DNA from: Candidatus Nanohaloarchaea archaeon
Lineage (GTDB): Archaea; Nanohalarchaeota; Nanosalinia; Nanosalinales; Nanosalinaceae
NCBI GenBank assembly: GCA_042218325.1
Contig: JBDGRE010000001.1
Location: forward strand, 100,356-164,355
Length of the DNA: 64,000 nucleotides
Reading direction: 5' to 3'
This document shows, piece by piece, positions 8,665-18,121 of the stretch. Numbering within the stretch: position 1 is the stretch's first letter; the number at the start of each line of letters is the position of its first letter. The notes below the pieces were generated by a model. It ran no database searches. It was not told the DNA's origin and saw only the letters and a program-made list of their open reading frames with translations. The position numbers and the translations under genes were made by a program.

Positions 8665-9213
8665 ATGATTGCAGCAAAGCTGGCCGAGTCCCGCGTCCGT
8701 ATCACGGATGAGGATGGCGCGAAGGAAGTCTACAGCGACTACTACTACGGCAAGTTCCAGTGCGACGAGGAAGAGGTGCTGGAGCTGTCGCTGTCCGAGG
8801 CCATGCATCTTGTCGACCGCGACGTGATAGAGGTCGAGGGCGCCTCGGGAGAAACCTTCTCGCGGGAAGAGCTTCACGACCGGTTCGTGGAGCTGGACGA
8901 CGAGTTCTCGCACAAGTACAAGGTTTACAGGGACCTGCGAGAGCGGGGCTACATCGTGAAGAGCGGGTTCAAGTTTGGCTCACATTTCCGCGTCTACGAG
9001 GAGGGCGTCAACCCGTACAGCGAGGGACCGAAGCGGCAGAAGCAGCACACCAAGTGGGTGGTGCACGCTGTTCCCGAGAACCACACACTCAGCTTCCAGG
9101 AGATGTCCCGCGCCGTAAGGCTGGCCCACAACATCCGCGCTACGATGCTCTGGGGCGTCGTCGACTCGGAGGGTGGCGTGACCTACTACGAGGTCGAACG
9201 GGCGAAGCCCTGA
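8665..9213 (+). CDS. endA: tRNA-intron endonuclease, single-unit alpha type (atypical active site)
   Basis: LSLSEAMHL, YKVYRDLRERGYIVKSGFKFGSHFRVY, VRLAHNIR, VDSEGGVTYY. Confidence 0.92.
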   Translation: MIAAKLAESRVRITDEDGAKEVYSDYYYGKFQCDEEEVLELSLSEAMHLVDRDVIEVEGASGETFSREELHDRFVELDDEFSHKYKVYRDLRERGYIVKSGFKFGSHFRVYEEGVNPYSEGPKRQKQHTKWVVHAVPENHTLSFQEMSRAVRLAHNIRATMLWGVVDSEGGVTYYEVERAKP

Positions 9214-9214
9214 A

Positions 9215-9577
9215 TCATCTCAGAGGATTTCTTCCAACTCTGCTAGGATCCATGTAATCGGGAAGGACTGAGATAGACAGCATGTATCTACCTGGTCCTT
9301 CGCGCGGTTCTTCTGACCGTGTTTGTAGTTCTGCCTCACCGCCTTCTGGGTTGCCGAACTGTAGATAGCCTGTCCCCGAATAACCGGTTTCAGGTATTCG
9401 GAATGAGGCTGGAGCTCTGGACAGCATATTTACTCCTTCGGTCTCTGTACGGCCTTCCAGAATTTCAAATGCCCGGTCTTCGTCAAGTATCACCTCTTCC
9501 GGACCTTCGTTCTTTCTTTCCACGCTGTAGAAACGGGTTGAAAGGTTTCTCTCAGAGAGTTCGATTACCATCACCAC
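9215..9577 (-). CDS. Hypothetical protein (120 aa)
   Basis: Acidic ORF with its own TATA-like element near 9590; lower GC than neighbours. Confidence 0.5.
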   Translation of the reverse strand: MVMVIELSERNLSTRFYSVERKNEGPEEVILDEDRAFEILEGRTETEGVNMLSRAPASFRIPETGYSGTGYLQFGNPEGGEAELQTRSEEPREGPGRYMLSISVLPDYMDPSRVGRNPLR

Positions 9578-9604
9578 AGTTTTCCTGTTTTATATATAAA
9601 TATC

Positions 9605-10525
9605 TCAGTACCCGAGGAGGTCAAGTACTCCTGTCGACGGTGAGTGTCTCTCCCGCAGCTTCCTCCCGTACCAGACACCTACCACGAGGCCGGTGAGGTG
9701 GGCTGATGGGGCCGAGATCCCGATGAGGGGTATCGAGTAGCCGAGCAGCTTGGTCAGCAGGTTGATGCCTTCCATAACCGCGAACAGCCTGAGTGCGGTC
9801 TGTATCTTCATCGGGATGAAGAAGTACAGCAGGACCTCCGCGTCCGGGTAGAACATGGCGACAGCGGCGAAGACCGCCACGACTGCACCGGAGGCTCCTA
9901 CAGCCGGGCTCAGGACTGTGAGGGCGCCGGGACTGCAGCCTGAGGTGAGGCAGGCTAGGCCCGAGGGATTAAGAAATGCTATAAGGTTCTGGAGTACGAT
10001 GAAACCGATGCTCGCGACGACGCCGGAGCCGACATATAACTTGAATAGGCCCTGCGTGCCAATTATCCTCTCGAGCGGGGTGCCGAAGAAGTAGAAGGTC
10101 ACCATGTTGGCGAAGATGTGGAAAAGCCCGCCGTGGACCAGCATCACGGTGATTATCGACCAGGGCCGCTGCACCAGCTCGCCGACGGCAGGGTCGAGGA
10201 GCATCATCTCCGTGAAGCCGGGAACCATCTGCAGGAGGAACGCGAATACTGTAACTGTTATTATCGATAGCGTGGCGCTGTTCGTGAAGGTCGAGATTAT
10301 GTCCCGTGCCATCGATGGTTTCCGGGGTTCGGAGGGCTTCACCTCGTTCCTGACTTCTTTCTCCTGGAACCATTTGCCCTGCTGTTCTCTCTTCTTCTCC
10401 ACTTCCTCGTCGAGTTTCTCGCAGTCGTGGTTCTCGGGCAGCCGGTGCTCGGCGCAGTATTTCTTGCCGCAGTACCTGCATGTGAAGGACATCGAGTCCT
10501 TGCCGCACTCGGAGCACTCGGCCAT
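9605..10525 (-). CDS. Rhomboid intramembrane serine protease with N-terminal AN1-type zinc finger
   Basis: CSEC...CRYC...CAEHRLPENHDC; HIFANM, GASGA (catalytic Ser) and AHLTG (catalytic His). Confidence 0.92.
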   Translation of the reverse strand: MAECSECGKDSMSFTCRYCGKKYCAEHRLPENHDCEKLDEEVEKKREQQGKWFQEKEVRNEVKPSEPRKPSMARDIISTFTNSATLSIITVTVFAFLLQMVPGFTEMMLLDPAVGELVQRPWSIITVMLVHGGLFHIFANMVTFYFFGTPLERIIGTQGLFKLYVGSGVVASIGFIVLQNLIAFLNPSGLACLTSGCSPGALTVLSPAVGASGAVVAVFAAVAMFYPDAEVLLYFFIPMKIQTALRLFAVMEGINLLTKLLGYSIPLIGISAPSAHLTGLVVGVWYGRKLRERHSPSTGVLDLLGY

Positions 10526-10623
10526 AGGTTAAGTTGCGGACCGGTTTTTATCAAGCTGCGACCGGCCACAACGTCAACCTGTTTAAACCTGTAGCCGGAA
10601 AACCGTCACAGGTGATTAACTCT

Positions 10624-11037
10624 ATGACATCTGAACTCGCATTACTTGTCGGCCGCGTCCTTTTCGGTGGCTACTTCGCCCTGATGGGCGTCAACCACTT
10701 CCTGAGAACCGGACAGCTGGCCGGCTGGGCCGAATCCAAGGGTGCGCCCGCCGCGGAAGCGCTGGTGTACCTTTCAGGACTGATGCTTCTCGCGGGAGGC
10801 ATGGGCATCGCAGCCGCAGCCTACCCGGCGGTCAGTCTCGGCCTTGTAGGGGTCTTCCTCGCCGTCGTTACGCCGTGGTTCCACGACTTCTGGAGCCACG
10901 AGGGCGAGGAGAAACAGCAGCAGATGACCCACTTCCTTAAGAACCTCGCGCTCTTCGGCGCGGTTTTGGTCCTTTACGGGGCCGGGGCAGCGGTCTTCGG
11001 GCCGTACTCCGCCGGTGTGGGTCTCGGCCTGCTGTAG
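10624..11037 (+). CDS. DoxX family membrane protein
   Basis: GRVLFGGYF...GVNHF, HDFW, HFLKNLALFG. Confidence 0.88.
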   Translation: MTSELALLVGRVLFGGYFALMGVNHFLRTGQLAGWAESKGAPAAEALVYLSGLMLLAGGMGIAAAAYPAVSLGLVGVFLAVVTPWFHDFWSHEGEEKQQQMTHFLKNLALFGAVLVLYGAGAAVFGPYSAGVGLGLL

Positions 11038-11141
11038 GAATCGCTCCTCCATCTTTTCTTCTTTTTTCTCGTACGCTTACGCGCGGCGTGCCGGTCTCCG
11101 GCGGATAAAGGGTCTAAGATGCCGTCTGCAAGCTTTTCTTT

Positions 11142-11733
11142 ATGAGAGGATTCCCCCACGGTGTTTTACTGTCGGGCATCGTACTCTCTTTCATAGCTGG
11201 CTCCGCGGGGCTCTTCGCGGCAGGTGCTTTCGACCCGGCGGAAAACGCGAACGAATCCGATCTGGTCGTGCACGGCGAGGTTGTTTACATCGGCCAGGCG
11301 GGGTACATCCCGTTGCGGGGTACCGAGATATCGCATCCCGTGACAGTCAGGGTGAACGAGACCTTCAAGGGTGAGGCCCGCGGCTCGGTCACTTTCCGGG
11401 TGGCTGGTGGCACGATACCCGGCGTCCGCGGAGTCCACGTCTCCACGGCACCGGATTTCGAGAGAGGCGAGGAGGTCGTGGTCATGCTCCAGCGTTCGGA
11501 GACCGGCTACATGGTCACGAGAGGAGAGCCCGGCAAGTACGAAGTGGTGAACGGTCGTAACTGTCCCGGGCCCGGAAGAAAGGAACCTGGCGGTCTACCG
11601 GCTGGAGTCGATAGTGCGTAACACGAGTTCCGGTGACACCAATCGGCCGACACAGAAAGAAGGGGTGTCGGGTGGAAGGACCATCCTGGCGCCGCTTTCG
11701 GGGCTTTTCGACTGGTTGACAGGTCTCCTCTAG
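11142..11733 (+). pseudogene. Secreted beta-rich protein, apparently frameshifted near 11555 (real lesion or assembly error)
   Basis: Signal peptide, then SDLVVHGEV...ETFKG...APDFERGEEVVV...GKYEV; the +1 frame continues VTVPGPEERNL...LSGLFDWLTGLL* to 11733, next to the glyS stop. Confidence 0.6.
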
Positions 11734-11734
11734 A

Positions 11735-13471
11735 TTACAGCTCTCCGAGTCCCGCGCCCTGCATGAACCCCTGTATCTTCTGCTCCAGCTCCTCAACGGG
11801 CACTCTTACCTGCTCCGTCGAGTCCCTGTCCCTCAGCGTGACGGTGCCATCCTCTAGGGTCTCGTGGTCCACGGTGACGCAGAGCGGGGTCCCGATCTCG
11901 TCCTGTCTCCGGTACCTCCGGCCTATCGCGCCCGAGTCATCGTAGTCGACCGAGAAGCCTGCGGCCCTCAGCGACTCCGCTACTTCTTCCGCTTTCTCCC
12001 CCATACCGTCCTTATCCATAAGCGGGAAAACCGCGACCTCTACCGGTGCGACATCCGGTTCGAGCCTGAGAACTGTTCGTTGCTCGCCGTCGACCTCGTC
12101 TTCTTCGAGGCTGTGGTCGAGGACAGTGTAGAACAGCCGCCCGATACCGAACGACGGCTCGACCACTGCGGCCATGATGTTCTCGCCGTTGATGGTTTTC
12201 TCCACCTCCTCTCTTTCTATCCAGTCTGTGTCGACATCGAAGACCTCGCCGTTCAAGTCTACCTCCAGCGTGTCCTGGTCCAGCAGGCTGGGATGGTCCT
12301 TGACGCTTTCTTCCACGGCCTCCGCGACATCGCCTGCGTCGGAGCCGAACTCCGGCCCGAGTTCGCCCATGTCGACCGAGACATCGACTACCTCTTCTTC
12401 CCGCGGCTCGTCGTACTCGCGGAAGACGGTGAAGTCCTCGCCCGAGTGCTCTTGGTGGTTCTTGAGGTCGTAGCAGCCGCGGTACGCGAAACCGGCGAGT
12501 TCCACCCATGTTCCCGCGGTGTAGGCCTCGGCGTCCCAGCAGTCGCTGGCGTAGTGCGAGAGCTCGTCCTCCTGGTGCTGCCGGAACCTGAACTTGTCCA
12601 TGTTGACGCCGACCTTCTCGTACCACCGCTTCGAGATGCCGACGTAGTAGGCGACCCAGTCGCTCGCGATTATATCCTTCTCGACGGCCTCGCCGACGGT
12701 CGTGACTATCTCTTCGCCGCCTCCTCTGTCCTGCTCGCTGCGCGGGTAGAGCGTGACCTTTACGTCCTCGACTTTCTCGAGTCCGGGTTCGTCTCTCTCC
12801 GGGTCGATGAAATGCTCGAGCTCGGCCTGTGTGAACTCCCGGACCCTGACCAGTGATTTACGCGGCGATATCTCGTTCCTGTACGCCTTGCCTACCTGGG
12901 TTATGCCGAACGGCAGCTGGTTGCGGGCGTACTCCTTCAGCTGCGGGAACTCCACGAAGATGCCCTGCGCCGTCTCCGGCCGGAGGTAGCCGGGCGAGGA
13001 GTCACCGGGGCCGATGTTGGTCGAGAACATCAGGTTGAAGTCGTCGACTTCTTCTCCCGCCAGTGCTTCACCGCAGTCCGGGCACTGTATGTCCTCGTCG
13101 GAGATGATTTCCATTATCCTCTCCGTGGAGAATGCCTCCGCCTCCTCCACTTCTGTATTATCCTCTACGAGGTGATCGGCGCGGTGCGACTTCCCGCATC
13201 CCGGGCATTCGATTATCATGTCGTCGAACGTCTCGAGGTGGCCGGATGCCTCGAAAACCGCCTCGGGCATCACTGTAGGCGCATCGATTTCCCGGTGGCC
13301 TTCCCTGTACGTGAACCTCTCGCGCCACTCGTCCTCGATATTACTCTTCATCGGGGCTCCGCGCGGGCCGTACGTGTAGAACCCGGCGGTACCGCCATAT
13401 ATCTCGTTCGAGGGCAAAAAGAATCCGCGCCTCTTCGCGAGTTCCGTGACTTCTCCCGTGTCGTCTGTCAT
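11735..13471 (-). CDS. glyS: Glycine--tRNA ligase (alpha2 type)
   Basis: RRGFF...EIYGG, YLRPETAQG, RNEISPR, REFTQAE, VEPSFGIGR, anticodon domain IGRRYRRQDEIGTP. Confidence 0.97.
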   Translation of the reverse strand: MTDDTGEVTELAKRRGFFLPSNEIYGGTAGFYTYGPRGAPMKSNIEDEWRERFTYREGHREIDAPTVMPEAVFEASGHLETFDDMIIECPGCGKSHRADHLVEDNTEVEEAEAFSTERIMEIISDEDIQCPDCGEALAGEEVDDFNLMFSTNIGPGDSSPGYLRPETAQGIFVEFPQLKEYARNQLPFGITQVGKAYRNEISPRKSLVRVREFTQAELEHFIDPERDEPGLEKVEDVKVTLYPRSEQDRGGGEEIVTTVGEAVEKDIIASDWVAYYVGISKRWYEKVGVNMDKFRFRQHQEDELSHYASDCWDAEAYTAGTWVELAGFAYRGCYDLKNHQEHSGEDFTVFREYDEPREEEVVDVSVDMGELGPEFGSDAGDVAEAVEESVKDHPSLLDQDTLEVDLNGEVFDVDTDWIEREEVEKTINGENIMAAVVEPSFGIGRLFYTVLDHSLEEDEVDGEQRTVLRLEPDVAPVEVAVFPLMDKDGMGEKAEEVAESLRAAGFSVDYDDSGAIGRRYRRQDEIGTPLCVTVDHETLEDGTVTLRDRDSTEQVRVPVEELEQKIQGFMQGAGLGEL

Positions 13472-13549
13472 GGGAGACAGTTCGGAGAGTATCTTTTAGA
13501 AAGAACGGTTTTGAGGCTCGAGAAAGTTTCAGTAACGGCTGTGGGAGGC

Positions 13550-13566
13550 TCCAAAATGTCCACCTT
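13550..13566 (-). repeat. Dispersed motif copy AAGGTGGACATTTTGGA (inverted)
   Basis: Close match to copies at 16286, 16347, 16620 and 18891. Confidence 0.65.
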
Positions 13567-13640
13567 TGGTTGGTTCACAGCACATGCCTGTAACCGGGCC
13601 TCGAAGTTTTTTATGAGTTCGTGGGCTCGGCGGGATAATC

Positions 13641-14201
13641 ATGGCGGAAGACGTAGTCCTCGTGGGCGGCGACGGTGTCGACGAGAACTTCCCCGCGGTC
13701 CTGGAACCGCGTCGGGCTCTCGAGGAAGAAGGCTACAGCGTGGATGTGATCGAGCTCTACAGGGGTTTCGAGCAGGCAGTGGAGGAAGACGGCTCGGTAC
13801 CGGAGATCGAGAGCCGTATAGAGGCCGGGACCCACCTCGTGGGTTACTGTGCAGGAGGCGTTCTCGCGTACCAGTACATAGATCACCCGGACGTGCTCTC
13901 CTTCACAGGCTACGATGTTCCGTCGGGTCTAAGGGTCGAAGACAGGGAGCTCCGGGTCGACGAGCCCGTTGACAGGGAGGACATCTTCTTGATATACGCC
14001 GGCGAGATAGGGGGGCGGCTCGAGGGCAGTTTCGCCGGGGCCGAGGTGAAAGATACCGGTCACGGATTCGACGGCAGGGAGCAGGAACTGGCGAGGGCCG
14101 TGCTGCACGGTCTTGAACACCATTCCGGTATAGGTCTTGAAGATCTGTCGGAAAGGGCGCTTGAACAGGGAGTATCTATCTTCCGGGGGCTCCGGAGATA
14201 A
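13641..14201 (+). CDS. Small alpha/beta-hydrolase-like protein (dienelactone-hydrolase-like)
   Basis: Nucleophile elbow VGYCAGG and C-terminal GHGF. Confidence 0.55.
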   Translation: MAEDVVLVGGDGVDENFPAVLEPRRALEEEGYSVDVIELYRGFEQAVEEDGSVPEIESRIEAGTHLVGYCAGGVLAYQYIDHPDVLSFTGYDVPSGLRVEDRELRVDEPVDREDIFLIYAGEIGGRLEGSFAGAEVKDTGHGFDGREQELARAVLHGLEHHSGIGLEDLSERALEQGVSIFRGLRR

Positions 14202-14291
14202 AACCGGCTGCGCGCCTGTTGAGACCTATGGCCGCGGTCTGGAAACCTTAAAAACCTGCCAGGATAATACTTCGTAATATGAGGGATTTCT

Positions 14292-15461
14292 ATGAGAGGG
14301 CTTGAAGAAGCAGAGCTGGAGGGAAAGAAAGTCATCCTTAGAACCGATCTCAACCTGCCGGTGGAGGACGGAGAGCCGCAGAAGACCGTCAGGTTCGAGC
14401 GCTACATGGAGACTGTCAGAAAGTTAAGCTATAAAGGGGCGAGAACGATGATAATAGCACACCAGGGCCGCCCCGCCAGGAAAGACTTCCTATCCCTGGA
14501 AAGACACGCCGAACATGTCTCCGGCGCGCTAGAGAAGGACGTCAACTTCGTCCAGAGCTTCTTCGGGCCCGAGCTCGGGGACGCGGTGGCTTCGATGGAA
14601 GACGGTGACGTCTGCCTCCTGGAGAACGTCCGTTTCCTCTCGGAAGAGCTGCAGAACGTCTCGCCCGAGAGACACGCTGAAGACTACTTCGTGAGCAACA
14701 TGGCCTGTTACTTTGATGTTTTCGTTGACGACGCTTTCTCCGCCGCCCACCGCTCGCACGCATCCATTGTCGGCTTCGCGCCGCTGCTCGATTCCTACGC
14801 GGGCCCGGTGATGCAGCGCGAGCTGGAGAACGGCAGGAGGGTGAGGGATGAGCTCGAAGATCCGCTTCTCGTGCTCGGCGGGGAAAAACCGGCCGACCTG
14901 ATAGGTATGATGGAACAGATGATAGACCGTGCGGACAAGGTGCTTCTCGCCGGCATCCCTGGAGAACTGGCATTGACACTGCGAGGTGAAGAGCTAGGAG
15001 AGAAGAACGACTGGATAGAGGAACAGGGCTTCGATTCAAGGGCTGGCGAACTAAAGGAGCTGCTGGACGAACACTCTGACAAGATCGTACTGCCGCAGGA
15101 CCTGAGGACAGGGTCCGGCAGCCACAGGGTCGGCGATGTACCTACGGATGAGATGACCTGGGACATAGGACAGGAAACACAGGAAAGATTCGTAGAGGAG
15201 ATAGAGGAGGCGGACTCGGTGCTGATGAAGGGTCCGATGGGTGCGTTCGACGAGGGCCACGAGGAAGGGACTCGTGCTATCGTCGACGCCATAGCCTCGA
15301 GCGATGGCTTCACGGTGCTCGGCGGAGGCCACACCTCATCGCTGGTTCACAGGTTCGACCACGCGCTGGAAGATTTCTCCCACGTCTCTATCGCCGGAGG
15401 AGCCTTCGTAAGGTACATGTCGGGCGAGGACCTCCCTGCGGTGGAGGCACTCAAGGACTGA
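14292..15461 (+). CDS. pgk: Phosphoglycerate kinase
   Basis: RTDLNLP, AHQGRP, LLENVRF, DAFSAAHR, GGGHT, HVSIAGGA. Confidence 0.96.
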   Translation: MRGLEEAELEGKKVILRTDLNLPVEDGEPQKTVRFERYMETVRKLSYKGARTMIIAHQGRPARKDFLSLERHAEHVSGALEKDVNFVQSFFGPELGDAVASMEDGDVCLLENVRFLSEELQNVSPERHAEDYFVSNMACYFDVFVDDAFSAAHRSHASIVGFAPLLDSYAGPVMQRELENGRRVRDELEDPLLVLGGEKPADLIGMMEQMIDRADKVLLAGIPGELALTLRGEELGEKNDWIEEQGFDSRAGELKELLDEHSDKIVLPQDLRTGSGSHRVGDVPTDEMTWDIGQETQERFVEEIEEADSVLMKGPMGAFDEGHEEGTRAIVDAIASSDGFTVLGGGHTSSLVHRFDHALEDFSHVSIAGGAFVRYMSGEDLPAVEALKD

Positions 15462-15497
15462 CATGGATATTTCAATCCGGCGGGAGAGTTATCTTGT

Positions 15498-16271
15498 ATG
15501 AAGGTAGAGAAGATAGGAGAAGGAGAACCAGAGTACACGGTCGTAGGGAGCCTCCACGGCGACGAGCCGTGCGGGAAAAAGGCTATCGAAAAGTTCCTGT
15601 CCGGGGACTGGGAACTCAAGAAACCCGTACAGTTCATCATAGCGAACGAGGAAGCTCACGAACAGGAAGTACGGTACCTCGATACGGATCTCAACAGGTC
15701 TTTCCCAGGCGACCCGGTAAGCGACAGCCACGAGGAGAGGCTGGCCGCGAGACTGCTGGAGCTGGTCAAGGGCACGAAGCTCATCGATTTCCACTCGACC
15801 CGGTCACAGGATGAGCCTTTCGCCACCACCTCCATCATGACGGAAGAGGTCCTGGAGCTCGCCCGGTCTTCTGGCGTCCGGGACGTGGCCTACTTCGGCG
15901 CGGAGTCCGGTGTGCTCAACGAAAGGGTGCCGGCGGTAACGGTAGAGGCCGGCAGGCAGGGAACAGAGCAAGCGGCGGAGAACGCCTACGGGATACTCGT
16001 CAATTTCCTGGCCGCGGAAGGTGTCATCGACGCGGATTACGAGCGCTCGGATATAGAGCTCTACATCTACTACGATACCGTCGAGGGCGGCGACCTTGAG
16101 TTCGTCGCAGAGAACTTCACCCTCGTCGAGGAGGGCGAGGTGTACGCCCGGAAGGATGGGGAAGAAATCAGGGCCGACGAGTACTTCTTCCCGATCCTGA
16201 TGTCGACCCATGGGTACGAGGACATCCTCGGCTACAAGGCCCAGAAGATAGATAAAGATGTCTACCTCTAG
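15498..16271 (+). CDS. Succinylglutamate desuccinylase/aspartoacylase family (M14-like) metallohydrolase
   Basis: HGDEPCG, DLNRSFPG, IDFHS, TVEAG. Confidence 0.88.
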   Translation: MKVEKIGEGEPEYTVVGSLHGDEPCGKKAIEKFLSGDWELKKPVQFIIANEEAHEQEVRYLDTDLNRSFPGDPVSDSHEERLAARLLELVKGTKLIDFHSTRSQDEPFATTSIMTEEVLELARSSGVRDVAYFGAESGVLNERVPAVTVEAGRQGTEQAAENAYGILVNFLAAEGVIDADYERSDIELYIYYDTVEGGDLEFVAENFTLVEEGEVYARKDGEEIRADEYFFPILMSTHGYEDILGYKAQKIDKDVYL

Positions 16272-16285
16272 GTAATTCATGCGGC

Positions 16286-16303
16286 AGGGTGGACGTTTTT
16301 GGA
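16286..16303 (+). repeat. Dispersed motif AGGGTGGACGTTTTTGGA
   Basis: Identical 18-mer at 16620-16637; degenerate copy at 16347-16362. Confidence 0.8.
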
Positions 16304-16576
16304 CCGCGCGCATCTCCCGATGACGTAGACAGCCGCTTTACGGTCCAGGGTGGATGTTCGGGCTCTTCTCGCACGCACGGCAGTTTATCTTTGACTGGTT
16401 CATACCTGCAGATCTGCGCTGTGCTGGAGGCTTCTTGGCGCAGAACATGGTATAGGTAATACAGGTACTTTCCGCCGATAAATATCGTAAAGAGCTGCTG
16501 GTATGCATTTTCAGGGCTTTTAGAGGCTTGAAAGCTACTTAAATCTTTTCTTACAACAGAAAAATACGTGAGTAAC

Positions 16577-16961
16577 ATGGCACACACCACTACGGACGAA
16601 GAAAATGCAGAAGCCCGCAAGGGTGGACGTTTTTGGAAAACCTAGCATAGAAGTGGTCGCAGACCTGGCGGACCCGACCCCAGTTTACGTTTCCGGCCAG
16701 CAGGACACCGGTTTCTACCGCGAGATAACCTGTGATGCCGACCTCGTGATCCTGAGGAACAAAGAGGAATTCTCGCAGGAACCCGGAGATATCCTCGACG
16801 GGGATTACAGGGAGCTGCTACAGAGGTCAGACCAGGATATCTACGTTCACGAGGACGCGCCCAGAGACTTCCCTGGGATGAACCCGTACGTGGTCGAAGG
16901 GCTGGCCGCCAGCGGCGTGGAAGAACTGGCGGAAGCCTACTTGGAGCAGGGCCATGAATAA
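16577..16961 (+). CDS. Hypothetical acidic protein; probably begins at ATG 16577 with a +1 frameshift near 16621 (alternative start 16605)
   Basis: MAHTTTDEENAEARK downstream of a TATA-like element; one extra G before VDVFGKPSIEVVADLAD... Confidence 0.5.
16620..16637 (+). repeat. Dispersed motif AGGGTGGACGTTTTTGGA
   Basis: Identical to 16286-16303. Confidence 0.8.
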
Positions 16962-16972
16962 AATACCTGCCC

Positions 16973-18097
16973 GTGGAAGTGATTGACATGCCAGACATAG
17001 ACCCGTGGGGAGACGTCGAGGTGGGAGACTACCGCGAAAAGATGGAGAAGTTCGGCATCGAACCAGTCGGCGAGATAGAGGACAGGATGCCGGACCACAG
17101 GTACGTCCGCCGCGGGATAATATTCGGTCACCGCGGCATGGACGAGTTCCTCGACGCCCGGGAAAACGGCGATAACGTGGCGATGATGACGGGTATCATG
17201 CCGTCCGGCGTCTTCCACATGGGCCACAAGTGCGTGGTCGACCAGGTCACGATGTACCAGGAGATGGGGGCCGACATCACCCTCGCGGCCGCGGATATAG
17301 AGGCTTACAACACCAGGGAGATGCCCATAGGGAAGGCCCGCGAACTTGTCATCGAGGAGTATCTGGCCAACTACGTGGCGCTCGGCCTCGACCTCGAGCA
17401 GACTGATTTCTACTTCCAGAGCCAGGCCGGCAACGACCACCACGCCCGGGCCAAGATGTTCGCTCGATACCTCACACAGAACGAGGTCGAATCCACGTAC
17501 GGCAGCGCCGCACCGGGGAAGATTACCTCCGCGCTGACGCAGTACGCCGACATACTGAGGCCCCAGTTCCCGGAGAACGGGGGCCCGAAGCCCACAGTCG
17601 TTCCTGTAGGCGTGGACCAGGATCCTCATATACGGCTGACAAGGGAGGTCGCACGCAAGTACCGCGGCCAAGGCTTTGTCAAGCCCGCCTCAACTTACAA
17701 CAAGTTCATGCGCGGGCTCCAGGGCGGCAAGATGTCGTCGAGCAAGCCCAAGAGCTACATCGCACTGACCGACGGTGTAGAAGATGCGAAGCAGAAGGTC
17801 GACGAGGCCAAGACCGGCGGCAGGGACACACTGGAGGAGCAGCGGGAGAAAGGTGCCCGGGTCAAGGAGGACATGGTCTTCGAGCTGCTTGCCTTCCACC
17901 TGATCGAGGACGACTCCGAGCTTGAACGCATCCGGGAAGAGTACAGCTCGGGAGAGATGCTCTCCGGCGAGCTGAAGCAGATAGCGAAGGAAAGACTGGA
18001 GGAGTTCCTGAGGGAGCACCAGCAGAAGCGTGAAGAGGCCCGTGCCGAGGTGGAGCAGTTCGTCCGCGAGAACGTTCCCGAGGGAGAACTGGTTTAA
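16973..18097 (+). CDS. trpS: Tryptophan--tRNA ligase
   Basis: TGIMPSG.FHMGH (HIGH), PVGVDQDPH, KMSSS; start may be ATG 16988. Confidence 0.96.
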   Translation: MEVIDMPDIDPWGDVEVGDYREKMEKFGIEPVGEIEDRMPDHRYVRRGIIFGHRGMDEFLDARENGDNVAMMTGIMPSGVFHMGHKCVVDQVTMYQEMGADITLAAADIEAYNTREMPIGKARELVIEEYLANYVALGLDLEQTDFYFQSQAGNDHHARAKMFARYLTQNEVESTYGSAAPGKITSALTQYADILRPQFPENGGPKPTVVPVGVDQDPHIRLTREVARKYRGQGFVKPASTYNKFMRGLQGGKMSSSKPKSYIALTDGVEDAKQKVDEAKTGGRDTLEEQREKGARVKEDMVFELLAFHLIEDDSELERIREEYSSGEMLSGELKQIAKERLEEFLREHQQKREEARAEVEQFVRENVPEGELV

Positions 18098-18121
18098 GTC
18101 CGCACCGACTGTTTTTGAGGT

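Noticed and set aside
9605-10525. AN1 zinc finger-rhomboid fusion as a novelty
   Set aside because: This architecture is already described in haloarchaea (Haloferax volcanii RhoII)
16168-16620. 150-aa minus-strand ORF across the intergenic gap
   Set aside because: Basic and Ser-rich, unlike the acidic proteome, and overlaps both flanking genes
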